A stretch of DNA of 64,000 bases from Methanobacteriota archaeon (GCA_018650285.1 JABIGF010000002.1:57991-121990), one strand, 5' to 3'; shown: positions 42,139 through 53,088, counted from the stretch's first letter. The notes: a model not told the origin generated them from the letters alone. Numbers and translations are program-made.

Positions 42139-42897
42139 TCACTCTTCTTCATCGTGGTCGTGGTCGCAATTCTCATCGTGGACGTGCTCTTCCTCTTCTT
42201 CAGCACCGGCCTCACGGAATTGATGAACATCACGGAAAGTAATTGTCTTAGCACCAACACTGTCTCTAAGTGAACGGATTAGTTGGAACTTTGCCATACC
42301 CCATGATTGGTCATATCCAAGGAACTCAGGAATAGTAATTGAAACGTCATCACCATCAAACTCAACTTCGAAATCATCTGAGCCTGTTGTCATCTTGAGT
42401 AGCGTCATTACCATCTCTGACTTTTCTTCAATAACCTTAGTGATGCGGTAATTGTAACGGAGAGTCTTTCCAGCCAATTCGTGATTGAAGTCAATGCGGG
42501 CACGGCCTGCACGGAACATCACAAGAGTGCCTTTTCGGCCACCGATTTCAACTGGACCACCAACTTGTAGATTTTCAGGGTCACGAACTTGACGTGCGAG
42601 TTGCTGCGGGCCGAGCATCTCAACAGCGTTTGGATCACGCTCACCGTATCCTTTCTCTGCTGATATTTCAATATCGTAATCGGTTTCAGCTTCTGCTTCT
42701 GCCAAACTTTCTTCAAAGCCAGGAATCAAACGACCTCCGCCAATTGTCACACAAAGTGGTTCGTAATTTCGTGTTTCGTCATGCATGTCATTCGACTTTG
42801 CAGTCTTCTCACGAGTAGTCTCAATCAAGTTGCCAGATTCAGCCTCAAAGAGGTCGTAGTCAATATAGACAATTGTGCCTTCATCCATGAATATCAC
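42139..42897 (-). CDS. slyD: FKBP-type peptidyl-prolyl isomerase (SlyD/long archaeal FKBP) with His-rich tail
   Basis: LIPGFEESL, GYGER, IDFNHELAGKTL; tail HVHDENCDHDHDEEE. Confidence 0.9.
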   Translation of the reverse strand: MIFMDEGTIVYIDYDLFEAESGNLIETTREKTAKSNDMHDETRNYEPLCVTIGGGRLIPGFEESLAEAEAETDYDIEISAEKGYGERDPNAVEMLGPQQLARQVRDPENLQVGGPVEIGGRKGTLVMFRAGRARIDFNHELAGKTLRYNYRITKVIEEKSEMVMTLLKMTTGSDDFEVEFDGDDVSITIPEFLGYDQSWGMAKFQLIRSLRDSVGAKTITFRDVHQFREAGAEEEEEHVHDENCDHDHDEEE

Positions 42898-42985
42898 TCA
42901 ACGCCCCTATGGGGCGAGCCGCCGACCGACTCCCCCTTTATGAGTGAGACGGTGAATAATTGGGTGATTTTCATACCGTTTTCCC

Positions 42986-45511
42986 TTATTCACGGCCGAG
43001 AAAAGAGATTATTGCAATTCCTAAACTAGATGCAATAATGGATAGCCAACCAAGCCAAACTAGATGGCTACCGGGTAGATGATACACTGTTAAACGAACT
43101 CTATCCAAATCTGAATCTAAAGGTGAGGTCATGATATCTGAAGCATTACCTAGCGCTTGAGTCTGTGACCAATCAAAAATAAATATTGTATCGCCACTCA
43201 GTGAAGAATACCTGTCAACCTCACTTCTAGGGAAACTGTTGGAAGCATCAAATCTCAACATCCCTGGATTCACAATATCAAGCAGATTACCATCTACATC
43301 TCTAATTTCAATTACTGCACCAAGATATCCATCGCCAACAGAGAAACGACTAGTAAATTCAGAATCATCGGGATTCATTATTTCCCATTCTGTGAAGGTC
43401 AATTGCATGCCCTCATGAGTCACAGTATCTCCTTGTACCAACATCACTTGATGGCTTGAATCATTTCTATCAACCAATGTTGTTGTGAAAATATGGCCGA
43501 CTAGTAACAATAAGATCCCTAAATGAGCAGCATGGGCCAATGTACTGCGCATCTTTGTTGATGAATAACTCGCCTTTGTTCGATTGGTTAATCCATACAC
43601 TAAACGGAATAGTGAAGGAATTGCTGCGATTAACATTGGTAGCAGCAACCAAGCAACAGCACCCCTGTTGAAAACATCACTAAATTGACTAGCGCTATCA
43701 CCCGGCAACGGAATATCAAGAACGATGCCAAGACTAATGCCTAACCCGAAAAATCCTAGCAACAACAAAGGAATTTTCTTTTCGGAAACAGAATCTTTCC
43801 AAGCATAAGTTGCTAATGCCGCTCCAACAAGGAAAATTAACGGGCTACCAAACATTTCGTGCATTGCTAATGAAGTCCCATCTACACTTGCAATCATCAA
43901 CATCCAAGTTAGAGATAGGAATGTTCCACCAATAACTAAAGGAGTGTAGAGAGCTAAACGCAATTGTGTTTTTCGAGTAAATAACTCCGAAACACGCTCC
44001 ATCAAAGTTTGCTCTTCGTCATCTTCAACATCTTGGACAAGTATTGGCCATATGAAAATTAGAAGGCCCGTTGCAGCAACATAAATATCTATCAAATATG
44101 CATATACTGATGTCAAAATTATGATTACTGCGGCAACCGTCCAAACGGTATCAGAATCTTTCTGAGAACTTGCTTTCAATAACATTAACAGAATTAGCAA
44201 TACGGCAATAACTGCTTCATCAATAAAAATGGCAAGAATAATTGTTGCTGCCATTGAAATCGCCACACCATTACTGGCGAACAATTTGCTCCCCGCTGGA
44301 TTCGGTGGCAACATCATTGCCAACAAAGATGCTGAAGCAAATACCAATAATATAACAAATGGCAATTGTTCTATGAGACTAACTTGCGCCCCAAACATAT
44401 CAACTGTCACAAGATGAGAAAGTGGTAACATTAGAATAAACCAGAGAGAATACTGGCTTACTCGCCTCAAATATGAGACGCCGTCAAGAGAGGCTTGGCG
44501 GCTAACCATGAATGAAATGGTGATTGCCAAAAGCACCACTAATGAAAGAAGATAGGTTAGAACCTCTGTACCAGCCATGCCGCTTCCTTGCAATTCAATG
44601 AGACGCAATATCGCCGAATCGCTTTGCGCCCCTACATCATCACCCACAAAGGCGTGTACTGATGCCCAAACGCCATTGGCCCTCGTAACCATTGTAGCAT
44701 GGATTGAAAACCACCCTGGAAGAATTGCAAGAGGAAGAGCAAAGCGACTTGCATCTCCATTCGGAGTCACCCTCAAGTGAAGCAATAGTAGTAAACAAAG
44801 CCACGGTAATAACGAGGCTGTTTCAACAGGGTCCCAAGCCCAATATCCGCCCCAATCAAGAACGGTATAAGCCCACAAGCCACCTAGCCCAATACCAATT
44901 GTGCCCACCACAAAACTAGCTCTTGCTGCAGGGGTTACTATTTTTTGAATGGAAGAATAATCGGCATCATTTCGATTAATAATCACGGCTAATGCTTGTA
45001 ACATTACAACCATACAAAGCGAATAGAATAGATAGACTAGTGGTGGATGTAGAACCATTAAATCAGTCTGTAATAGTGGATTTAACTCACCGCGCCAACT
45101 GCTTTGTGCAAGCCGAAATGGTCGCATCATTAGAGATAGAAGATGGATAGAAAGTACGGCCCCGTTGACTAATTTTCGATAGAGATGAGAGACCCCATCA
45201 TTCCCCTTTAATTGGTAAACATGAGCAGATAAAGCAAGTAATCCGGCCCAAAGGAGGGTAGGTCCTTCTCTTCCAGCCCAAACAGCACTGACACGATAGA
45301 GAAATGGCATCTCAGCGCCACCGTATAATCTAACTAAATCATAACTTGTTGAATCGCTAATAAATAGCCATGTTAGTGTGAAAAATGGAAGTATTTGAAG
45401 GGTTACTAGCCCTCTTGGAAGCCACTTTTTCATGTCGCTAGACAAGTCTTGCCATCTAATCGTCAATCCTGCTAGTGAAGCGGCGATGGCTAGCCAAAGT
45501 ACCCACTGCAT
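42986..45511 (-). CDS. ccmF: Cytochrome c biogenesis heme lyase CcmF/CcsA-like
   Basis: WAGREG, LNPLLQ..MVLHPP, WGGYWAWDPVE (WWD domain), SVHAF, AHLG. Confidence 0.9.
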   Translation of the reverse strand: MQWVLWLAIAASLAGLTIRWQDLSSDMKKWLPRGLVTLQILPFFTLTWLFISDSTSYDLVRLYGGAEMPFLYRVSAVWAGREGPTLLWAGLLALSAHVYQLKGNDGVSHLYRKLVNGAVLSIHLLSLMMRPFRLAQSSWRGELNPLLQTDLMVLHPPLVYLFYSLCMVVMLQALAVIINRNDADYSSIQKIVTPAARASFVVGTIGIGLGGLWAYTVLDWGGYWAWDPVETASLLPWLCLLLLLHLRVTPNGDASRFALPLAILPGWFSIHATMVTRANGVWASVHAFVGDDVGAQSDSAILRLIELQGSGMAGTEVLTYLLSLVVLLAITISFMVSRQASLDGVSYLRRVSQYSLWFILMLPLSHLVTVDMFGAQVSLIEQLPFVILLVFASASLLAMMLPPNPAGSKLFASNGVAISMAATIILAIFIDEAVIAVLLILLMLLKASSQKDSDTVWTVAAVIIILTSVYAYLIDIYVAATGLLIFIWPILVQDVEDDEEQTLMERVSELFTRKTQLRLALYTPLVIGGTFLSLTWMLMIASVDGTSLAMHEMFGSPLIFLVGAALATYAWKDSVSEKKIPLLLLGFFGLGISLGIVLDIPLPGDSASQFSDVFNRGAVAWLLLPMLIAAIPSLFRLVYGLTNRTKASYSSTKMRSTLAHAAHLGILLLLVGHIFTTTLVDRNDSSHQVMLVQGDTVTHEGMQLTFTEWEIMNPDDSEFTSRFSVGDGYLGAVIEIRDVDGNLLDIVNPGMLRFDASNSFPRSEVDRYSSLSGDTIFIFDWSQTQALGNASDIMTSPLDSDLDRVRLTVYHLPGSHLVWLGWLSIIASSLGIAIISFLGRE

Positions 45512-45559
45512 GAATCAGCCGAAACGCCATCAACGGATGGCAGTTTCGCAAACAACATT

Positions 45560-46795
45560 TCACCAACCGTAATGTTTGGCACGACTATAACCAAATGCGA
45601 GCATTGCTGGAATGATTTTCTTGAAATAGAGGCTCGGACGTTTAAACAGGAGACGAATACCCACCATCGCTTTGCCAGTGACGCCCATTGCTGACATCTC
45701 TTCGGGGAAACATTTCCCCATTACCGACATATCTTTGTCACTCAGAGAGTAAAGCGCTGTCTTACCTTTGAGAATTTTTTCATAAGGTGGGAACTCTGCT
45801 TTCCACATTGCTGGATAATCTGCTAATTTTGCCGCCGAAATATCTCCAGTGGCAACCGCATCGGCTGCAACCATGGCTGCAAACGATGCGGACTTCAAGG
45901 CTAGATGTGAGCCTCCTTCAAACAATGGTGAAGTAAAACCCGCAGCGTCACCCACCAACATTATTCCATCAGTATGAGTTACAGAATGAGGACCAGAAAT
46001 TGGAATTGTCCCTCCAAAACCTCGAAGTTTAGTACCCTCTTCACGCCATGGAGGATTTTGTTTTTCTAACCCTTTGAATTGTGTATCTTCAATGAAACGA
46101 TCTAAGGATTTCACTGCCCCTTTTTTGTCTTCCGTGACAAGGCCAATGTTTGCCCTACCATCTGATTTTGGAATCATCCAAAGGTACCCTTTTGTTGCAT
46201 AACTTGGCCAAATATAGAAATCAAGATACCCATCATTTGGTACATTAGCAACCTCAAACTGCATTCCTGCAATCACTTTTGGACGGGGATTTAAATCAAG
46301 TAGTTTTGAACAGATACCGCCCACCCCAGAAGCATCTATCACAATTTTTGCACGTATTGGAAATTGGGCCCCATTTCCTTGGCAAAGCCAACCTTTGAAC
46401 TGACCATTTTCTTCAATTCTATCAAGGGCTGTTAATTTGTGTGAAAGGTGTAACTGTGCACCTGCTGATACCGCTTCATCAGCAAGCCACTGTTCAAACA
46501 AATGTTTCTCTAATACATATCCTGGTTCACTCAATTTCTTAGGTGTGCCATCTGGAAACAATACCCTAATTCCATTTACATGACGAGAAATAACATGATT
46601 TGGAAGTTCAAGTTGTAAATTGTCAACTGCAACTTGAGATATGCATTCACCACAATGAACTGGCGTACCAATTTCAGCATGGTCTTCTATGAGCATGACA
46701 TTTAGGCCGTTACGCGCGCTGTGCAAAGCAGCCGAACCACCACCCGGCCCAGCCCCAATAACAAGAACGTCACACTCAGTCACGCCTTCCGCCAT
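45560..46795 (-). CDS. Geranylgeranyl reductase family FAD oxidoreductase
   Basis: IGAGPGG, PVHCGE, GYLWMIPK, VGDAAG. Confidence 0.88.
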   Translation of the reverse strand: MAEGVTECDVLVIGAGPGGGSAALHSARNGLNVMLIEDHAEIGTPVHCGECISQVAVDNLQLELPNHVISRHVNGIRVLFPDGTPKKLSEPGYVLEKHLFEQWLADEAVSAGAQLHLSHKLTALDRIEENGQFKGWLCQGNGAQFPIRAKIVIDASGVGGICSKLLDLNPRPKVIAGMQFEVANVPNDGYLDFYIWPSYATKGYLWMIPKSDGRANIGLVTEDKKGAVKSLDRFIEDTQFKGLEKQNPPWREEGTKLRGFGGTIPISGPHSVTHTDGIMLVGDAAGFTSPLFEGGSHLALKSASFAAMVAADAVATGDISAAKLADYPAMWKAEFPPYEKILKGKTALYSLSDKDMSVMGKCFPEEMSAMGVTGKAMVGIRLLFKRPSLYFKKIIPAMLAFGYSRAKHYGW

Positions 46796-46915
46796 GAATT
46801 GTGATGAGGGAAGTCACTTCATGAACAACACGGTCATTGATGTTAATACAAAGACAAAAAATTTGATTGATTGAACACCCTTGATGTTTCATAGGTGAGG
46901 GCCCCTCCGGGGCCC

Positions 46916-48955
46916 ATGGGGTGGAGTAACTTGCAGCAATTTATCTCCGCTCTTGAAGAACAGTCTGAACTAATTCGTATTTCACGCCCTGTTGATGTCG
47001 AATTAGAAGCAGGATGTATTGCTGATAGATTAGTGAAAATGGATGGAAAAGGGGTGATTTTTGAACAACCGCGCCTACCCGATGGAAGCATTTCCAAATT
47101 CCCATTAGCAATGAATTTGTTTGGCAGTCGCCAGCGGGTGAAAACAGCACTAAGTGTAGATAATCTCTCGACGATAGGGGAGAGGCTAGTCGGATTGATG
47201 AAACCAGACGTTGCTGCCATTTCAAAAAAACCATGGAAAGGCATTACATTGGCTAAACAGGGTTTGAAAATGGCACCAAAGCGTGTGAAAAAAGGAGCCT
47301 GCCAAGAAATAATAATGGAATCGCCTGATTTAACAAAATTACCAATTCCAAAAACTTGGCCACACGATGGTGGACAATTCATCACCCTGCCACTAGTCAT
47401 CACAAAAGACCCCCTTACTGGCGAACAGAATCTAGGAATGTATCGCTCTCAAATCTACAATGCAACTGAATGTGGATTACATTGGCAGATGCATAAACAC
47501 GGAGCAGACCACGCAGCTAGTGGCCAAGATGGAGAAAAAATTCCAGTAGCAATCTGTCTTGGTGGGCCACCTGAATTAATATTCAGTGCTATCTCTCCAT
47601 TACCAGATAATCTATCTGAATTCATGTTTGCTTCTTTCCTTTCAAACCAAAGAACTCGCTTGGTTAAGGCAAAAACCCAAGATCTGTGGGTTCCTGCAGA
47701 AGCAGATGTAGTCATTGAAGGATATTGTATCCCTGGAGAAACAAAAACCGAAGGACCGTTTGGCGACCATTTTGGATTATACAGCCTAGAAGGAGATTAT
47801 CCTGTCATGCATGTCACTGCTATCACTCATAAAGAAAATGCAATTGTTCCGATGACAATAGTTGGACTCCCACCAATGGAAGACGGATTTCTTGGCGAAG
47901 CGATTACTGAAGCCTTCTTGCCCATTCTAAATTTCCAACATCGAGATGTTATTGATATGTTTGTACCATTACAAACAGGTTTCCACAATCTAGCTATTGT
48001 CGCTTCAAAACAAAGATATCCGCGGCAAGCGAGAAAAACTTGTCTTGGACTACTAGGTGCTGGCCAACTAATGTTCACAAAAATTTCAGTAGCCGTAGAC
48101 GCTGGCCACCCTGTCAAAGATCTTAATGAATTACTCAATGTATTGCACTCAAACGTTGACCCTCGTACTGATTTAATATCAATCCCTGGCATGGTTGCCG
48201 ACACTCTAGAATGTGCGTCACCATGGGAAAATGTACATGACAAGTTGATTATTGATGCAACCACTCTTCCAATTTCTGACCCTCGAAAAGGTGGTGCTGG
48301 ACTACCACGCGGAAGTGGATTCGATAATACTCCTGATTGGCGTAGAGGACTTGTGGAAGCACCAGGAGTTTCTGTTGATTTTTGTGCTAAGGTTAGGGCT
48401 ATGGAAGGTATCACAGAAGCTACTCTTCTAAGACCCTCAATTATGGTGGTGACAACTAAGATTGATGATTCACCAAGCCCGATTAATGGAATGGCTGCAA
48501 TTCAAGACCCCGCAGCATGGGCTGCGCAAGTTGAGGCTAGCAGGGCTCAAAGGCAACGGATTTTTCAATTAATGAATTCAATTTGGCAATTAGAAGATTC
48601 GGCGAACTTAAGATGGCTATTTATCACTGATGATGATGTGAAATTACATTCAGCAGGTGCCAACCAAAAACTACTATGGCAATTAACAGTTAGATTCGAT
48701 GTTGGCAGAGATTTGCATTTTGATGCTACTCGCAGCAGAGTCTGTTGGGATGCAACCGCACCAATACCTCATCCTGGTCGCCAAGCGCTCTCTGACTCCG
48801 GCCAAGATATTTCGGCACTTGACCCAATTCTTCCAATCAGAAGTTGGCCAGCAATTACAATTCATGACCAAGAGACTCTTTTGAAAGTAACAAACATGGC
48901 TGGCTATGATGGATACGAACAGAGGGCTTGGGAGCCAAATGTTACGGGGTGGTAA
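46916..48955 (+). CDS. UbiD-family decarboxylase (long menaquinone/futalosine-pathway type)
   Basis: WPHDGG.FITLP, NLGMYR, LHWQMHK, EGPFGDHFG, PPMED; apparently duplicated C-terminal module. Confidence 0.88.
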   Translation: MGWSNLQQFISALEEQSELIRISRPVDVELEAGCIADRLVKMDGKGVIFEQPRLPDGSISKFPLAMNLFGSRQRVKTALSVDNLSTIGERLVGLMKPDVAAISKKPWKGITLAKQGLKMAPKRVKKGACQEIIMESPDLTKLPIPKTWPHDGGQFITLPLVITKDPLTGEQNLGMYRSQIYNATECGLHWQMHKHGADHAASGQDGEKIPVAICLGGPPELIFSAISPLPDNLSEFMFASFLSNQRTRLVKAKTQDLWVPAEADVVIEGYCIPGETKTEGPFGDHFGLYSLEGDYPVMHVTAITHKENAIVPMTIVGLPPMEDGFLGEAITEAFLPILNFQHRDVIDMFVPLQTGFHNLAIVASKQRYPRQARKTCLGLLGAGQLMFTKISVAVDAGHPVKDLNELLNVLHSNVDPRTDLISIPGMVADTLECASPWENVHDKLIIDATTLPISDPRKGGAGLPRGSGFDNTPDWRRGLVEAPGVSVDFCAKVRAMEGITEATLLRPSIMVVTTKIDDSPSPINGMAAIQDPAAWAAQVEASRAQRQRIFQLMNSIWQLEDSANLRWLFITDDDVKLHSAGANQKLLWQLTVRFDVGRDLHFDATRSRVCWDATAPIPHPGRQALSDSGQDISALDPILPIRSWPAITIHDQETLLKVTNMAGYDGYEQRAWEPNVTGW

Positions 48956-49874
48956 TTTGGGAGTAAAAGAAATTCTTCAATTCGTAAAGATAGAGCATAC
49001 GCTCTTTTCACTACCCTTTGTGCTAATTGGGTATATCCTCGCCTACAACCAATTCATGCATGACCTACCAGTTAGTGAACTCGGATGGTTGCGAATGGAT
49101 CTAGTTTGGATTCTCGTTGCTGCTGTTGGAGCCCGTGGCCTTGCAATGGCTCTGAATCGTATCATCGACCGAGATGTTGATGCCGCCAATCCACGAACTG
49201 CAAATCGGCACCTAGTATCGGGAGATATGTCAATGAATACTGCTTGGACACTATCAGCAATTTTTCTTGGCATGTTACTATTGGGCGCTTGGCAACTCAA
49301 CGAAGTAGCTCTAATGATGGCTTGGCTTCCTGTCTTGGCCTTTGTCATCTATCCATACACAAAGCGTTACACTTGGCTGTGTCACTTATGGCTAGGACTG
49401 TGTCTAGGGTTAGCACCAGCCGGCGCTTGGGTTGCTGTAGCAGCAGATGTCCATGGATGGGCTGCAATTACCGACCTGCTTTGGTATCCAACTATTTTCT
49501 TCATCTCTCTAGGAGTTGCACTTTGGATAGCCGCCTTTGATATCAACTATGCAAGAATGGATGTTGAGAGTGATAGGGAAAACGGAATTCATTCATTTCC
49601 TGCGACGTTTAGTGAAGAAGCAACGACTAGAACATCTATTCAACTGACTCTCATCTGGTTCGCATGCTTCGCTATCTCCAATCCCATGGATGAAATTTGG
49701 TTCCTAGGGGCAGCAGGGATAATGGCGATTTTGAATATCGCTGTCATAATACGTCGTGAGAAGTTTGCTGACTTTCAAACAACCCTATTCCGTGTATCCA
49801 TGTTGACTGGTTGGATTCTCCTAGTGGCCATCATATTAATGGAGCCAGATAAAGGACTCATGCTAGATGATTGA
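48906..49874 (+). CDS. UbiA-family polyprenyltransferase (MqnP-like)
   Basis: KIEHTLFSLPF, NRIIDRDVDAANPRT, YPYTKR, FDINYA..D...D. True start is probably the TTG near 48957. Confidence 0.9.
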   Translation: MMDTNRGLGSQMLRGGNLGVKEILQFVKIEHTLFSLPFVLIGYILAYNQFMHDLPVSELGWLRMDLVWILVAAVGARGLAMALNRIIDRDVDAANPRTANRHLVSGDMSMNTAWTLSAIFLGMLLLGAWQLNEVALMMAWLPVLAFVIYPYTKRYTWLCHLWLGLCLGLAPAGAWVAVAADVHGWAAITDLLWYPTIFFISLGVALWIAAFDINYARMDVESDRENGIHSFPATFSEEATTRTSIQLTLIWFACFAISNPMDEIWFLGAAGIMAILNIAVIIRREKFADFQTTLFRVSMLTGWILLVAIILMEPDKGLMLDD

Positions 49875-49883
49875 GGTGATAAT

Positions 49884-50612
49884 ATGACGAAATTAGCAGT
49901 GATAACTGGTGGAAGTAGAGGAATTGGAGCGGCCACATCTAGGCGACTAGCCTCTGAAGGATACCGCCTCATTATCACCTATCATACAGATTCTCAATCT
50001 GCTGAAAATGTCATTGCGGATGTAAGAGAAATTGGATGTGATTGTGTCGCTGTAAAAGTGGACTGCTCTGATTCTGGTGAAGTAATGATTCTTGCAGACC
50101 ACCCTTGGGTCAAAGAGGGGGTTGATGCTCTAGTTCTGAACCATGCAATGTATCAACGAGGGAAAGCCGGAGAACTAACTCTAGATGCACTAAAACAAAC
50201 TATGGATGTCAATTTTACTGGATCCTTCCTTGTTTGGAAAGCACTCTCTCCGCACCTCTCACAGAATGCCTCAATAGTGGTACTAGGAAGTCAACTTGGA
50301 ATCAAAGGAACTGCTACTGGTGCCGATTACTCTGCTTCAAAGGGAGCGTTGCATAGTTGGGCTCGCTCACTCGCAATTGATGTCGCTTCAACGGGACAAA
50401 GAGTGAATGTTGTTGCTCCAGGAACGATTGATACAGATTTAGTTGCAAATGATTCTCCGAAGAAAAGAAATGCTAGAGAAGCAACTATCCCAATGGGGAG
50501 ATTAGGAAGCCCTGACGAAGTTGCTAATGTAATCTCATTCCTATTGTCTGATGATTCTAGTTACATTACTGGCGCTATATTGCATGTTAATGGTGGGTTA
50601 TATCGCCCATGA
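49884..50612 (+). CDS. Short-chain dehydrogenase/reductase (FabG-like)
   Basis: TGGSRGIG, YSASK, NVVAPGTIDT. Confidence 0.92.
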   Translation: MTKLAVITGGSRGIGAATSRRLASEGYRLIITYHTDSQSAENVIADVREIGCDCVAVKVDCSDSGEVMILADHPWVKEGVDALVLNHAMYQRGKAGELTLDALKQTMDVNFTGSFLVWKALSPHLSQNASIVVLGSQLGIKGTATGADYSASKGALHSWARSLAIDVASTGQRVNVVAPGTIDTDLVANDSPKKRNAREATIPMGRLGSPDEVANVISFLLSDDSSYITGAILHVNGGLYRP

Positions 50613-50643
50613 ATTGAAAGACAATCAATTGTGAGCGGATATT

Positions 50644-53043
50644 ATGGCAAAGGATGACATTGACCCCTTTGATTTGTCCAAAGCCATTGCAGGGGCTGCT
50701 GCTGGCCGTCTTGACCCATCTGTCGCTTGTTTCACTCTACATTCTGAATATGGGCCTGCCGGAGACCAAAAACAAGCAATTGATAAATTAGTTTTTCAAT
50801 TGGAAAATTCACAAGAGCGTTCTATCTTACTTGGGGTGACCGGTTCGGGTAAAACATTCGCAATGGCGCACATTATTGAGAGATTGAATATCCCAACCCT
50901 TATTCTGAGCCACAACAAAACATTGGCTCGCCAACTATGGCAGGAAATGTCAACACTATTTCCAGAAAATGCTGTGGAATACTTTGTCAGCCACTATGAC
51001 TACTATCAACCAGAAGCATATCTACCAAAACGAGACCTATACATAGACAAAGAGTTGCAAATGAATGAGAGAATTGAGCAAGAAAGATTCGCCACTGTTG
51101 CATCTCTTGTATCTCGACCTGATGTCATTGCCGTAGGCACTGTTTCAGCCATTTACGGCCTCAACCCGCCAGAAACATTCCTAAAGCAACACGCAAGAAT
51201 CCATGTTGGTCAAGCGATTGAACCGCTTGACTTGGTTAAACAATTAGTTGAGTTACAATACCAACGAATTACAGGAGAAATCTCGAGAGGAGAAATCCGT
51301 TGCCGAGGAGAGGTGGTTGATATTTGGATGCCAAGCCGTGACGACCCCCTTAGAATCAGATTTGATTTTGATGGAGTGACCAAAATTCAAGTTTGCGAAG
51401 CTGTCTCTTGGGAATCACTAGATGACCTAGAAGAAGCTTGGATTCACCCGAAAGAATTCTTCATGACTAGTCCTGAAAGATTTAGACAAGCATTGCAAGA
51501 TATTGAATTTGAATTGTCAGAACGAACACATGCTCTTGAGTCACAAGGAAAAGAGTTAGAGGCACATAGACTAGAGACTAGAACACAATTTGAGTTAGAA
51601 ATGTTGAGAGAGACAGGGCACTGTAAAGCAATTGAAAATTATTCCATGCACTTTGATGGGCGAACACATGGGGAACGACCATACTGTCTTCTTGATTTCT
51701 TTGCAGCATCGGCAAAGCAATTCCATAATGATCCAACACAATTCCTTGTCATCATGGACGAAAGTCATGTGACATTACCTCAATTAAAGGGAATGTTTGC
51801 TGGTGACCGTTCAAGAAAGGAATCACTCATTGACCACGGATTTAGACTACCTTCTGCAGCAGATAATCGGCCATTGCGAATTGATGAGTTTCAAAAACTT
51901 GTACCTCAAATGTTGTATGTCTCTGCAACACCTGGAGAAAGAGAACTGCGGCACTTGGCTGAAATTACAGGGCAAGATGTACCAAAAGAATTACTCCATG
52001 TTCCAGGCGGAGGGGGTGCAATAGAGCCTGAAATGAAAAAACCAAAGAAATCCCACAGCCTTCTCAAAAGCCTTGAGCAAATTGACGGTATTGTACAGAT
52101 GGAAATCCGTCCAACTGGATTACTTGACCCAAGAATAGAAGTTCGACCAACTGAAGGTCAGGTTCAAGATTTACTTGATGAAATTAATCTCTGTGTGAAT
52201 AATAATGAACGGGTTCTAGTGACTGTTTTGACAATCAAATTCGCTGAAGAGGTTTCTGAATACTTGCAACGAATGGGCGTTAAGGCACATTATTTGCATT
52301 CGGAAATTGATACGATTGAGCGGTCTGAAATCATCAAAGCACTACGAATTGGGCATATTGATGTGATTGTCGGAATTAACCTCTTACGTGAAGGTCTGGA
52401 TATTCCGGAAGTTTCACTTGTGGCAATATTTGATGCTGACCGACAAGGATTTCTTAGAAATGAGAGATCGCTACTGCAAACAATTGGGCGCGCATCACGC
52501 AATGAACAAGGCCGAGTTATTCTCTATGCTGATTCTATTTCTGATGCTATGAAAACCTCAATATTACAGACTGTTCAACGAAGAGAGAAACAAGAAAAAT
52601 TCAACCAAGAAAATAGCATCACACCAAAAACAATTGTCAAAGCACTACCTGTAATGGGCATTGAAGCCGAAGAACTACTCGCCGGTACATCTGGCACCGG
52701 CTCAAAAGGTGGCAGGCGTTTTGTTGGCGGTACTACTGGTCAAACCGGAAAAATACGCAATGAATCCGATATTGCGAAACGATTTGACCTTGGGGCAGAT
52801 GGTTGGGCTGTTGCCGGAGAATCTGTATCAAATGTTAGTCAACCGACTTGGGCAGATGTTGCATCCTCCATTCTATCCGATAACCCAGATGGATTAAGTC
52901 ACCAAGATGGCGAATATGATGCGACTTCTGAAAAGTTGTTAATTCGGCTTCGGAAAGAAATGAAAGTTGCTGCAAGTAGATTAGAATTTGAGAAGGCTGC
53001 CCAATTGAGAGATAGAATTTTCCAATTGGAAAATAACGGTTGA
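50644..53043 (+). CDS. uvrB: Excinuclease ABC subunit B
   Basis: LGVTGSGKTF, YDYYQPEAY, DESH, SATP, GINLLREGLD, QTIGRA, C-terminal UVR motif LEFEKAAQLRD. Confidence 0.96.
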   Translation: MAKDDIDPFDLSKAIAGAAAGRLDPSVACFTLHSEYGPAGDQKQAIDKLVFQLENSQERSILLGVTGSGKTFAMAHIIERLNIPTLILSHNKTLARQLWQEMSTLFPENAVEYFVSHYDYYQPEAYLPKRDLYIDKELQMNERIEQERFATVASLVSRPDVIAVGTVSAIYGLNPPETFLKQHARIHVGQAIEPLDLVKQLVELQYQRITGEISRGEIRCRGEVVDIWMPSRDDPLRIRFDFDGVTKIQVCEAVSWESLDDLEEAWIHPKEFFMTSPERFRQALQDIEFELSERTHALESQGKELEAHRLETRTQFELEMLRETGHCKAIENYSMHFDGRTHGERPYCLLDFFAASAKQFHNDPTQFLVIMDESHVTLPQLKGMFAGDRSRKESLIDHGFRLPSAADNRPLRIDEFQKLVPQMLYVSATPGERELRHLAEITGQDVPKELLHVPGGGGAIEPEMKKPKKSHSLLKSLEQIDGIVQMEIRPTGLLDPRIEVRPTEGQVQDLLDEINLCVNNNERVLVTVLTIKFAEEVSEYLQRMGVKAHYLHSEIDTIERSEIIKALRIGHIDVIVGINLLREGLDIPEVSLVAIFDADRQGFLRNERSLLQTIGRASRNEQGRVILYADSISDAMKTSILQTVQRREKQEKFNQENSITPKTIVKALPVMGIEAEELLAGTSGTGSKGGRRFVGGTTGQTGKIRNESDIAKRFDLGADGWAVAGESVSNVSQPTWADVASSILSDNPDGLSHQDGEYDATSEKLLIRLRKEMKVAASRLEFEKAAQLRDRIFQLENNG

Positions 53044-53088
53044 TAGATGACGGTTGGTTTGAAAACTAAAACCCATTCAAGCGGTGAT

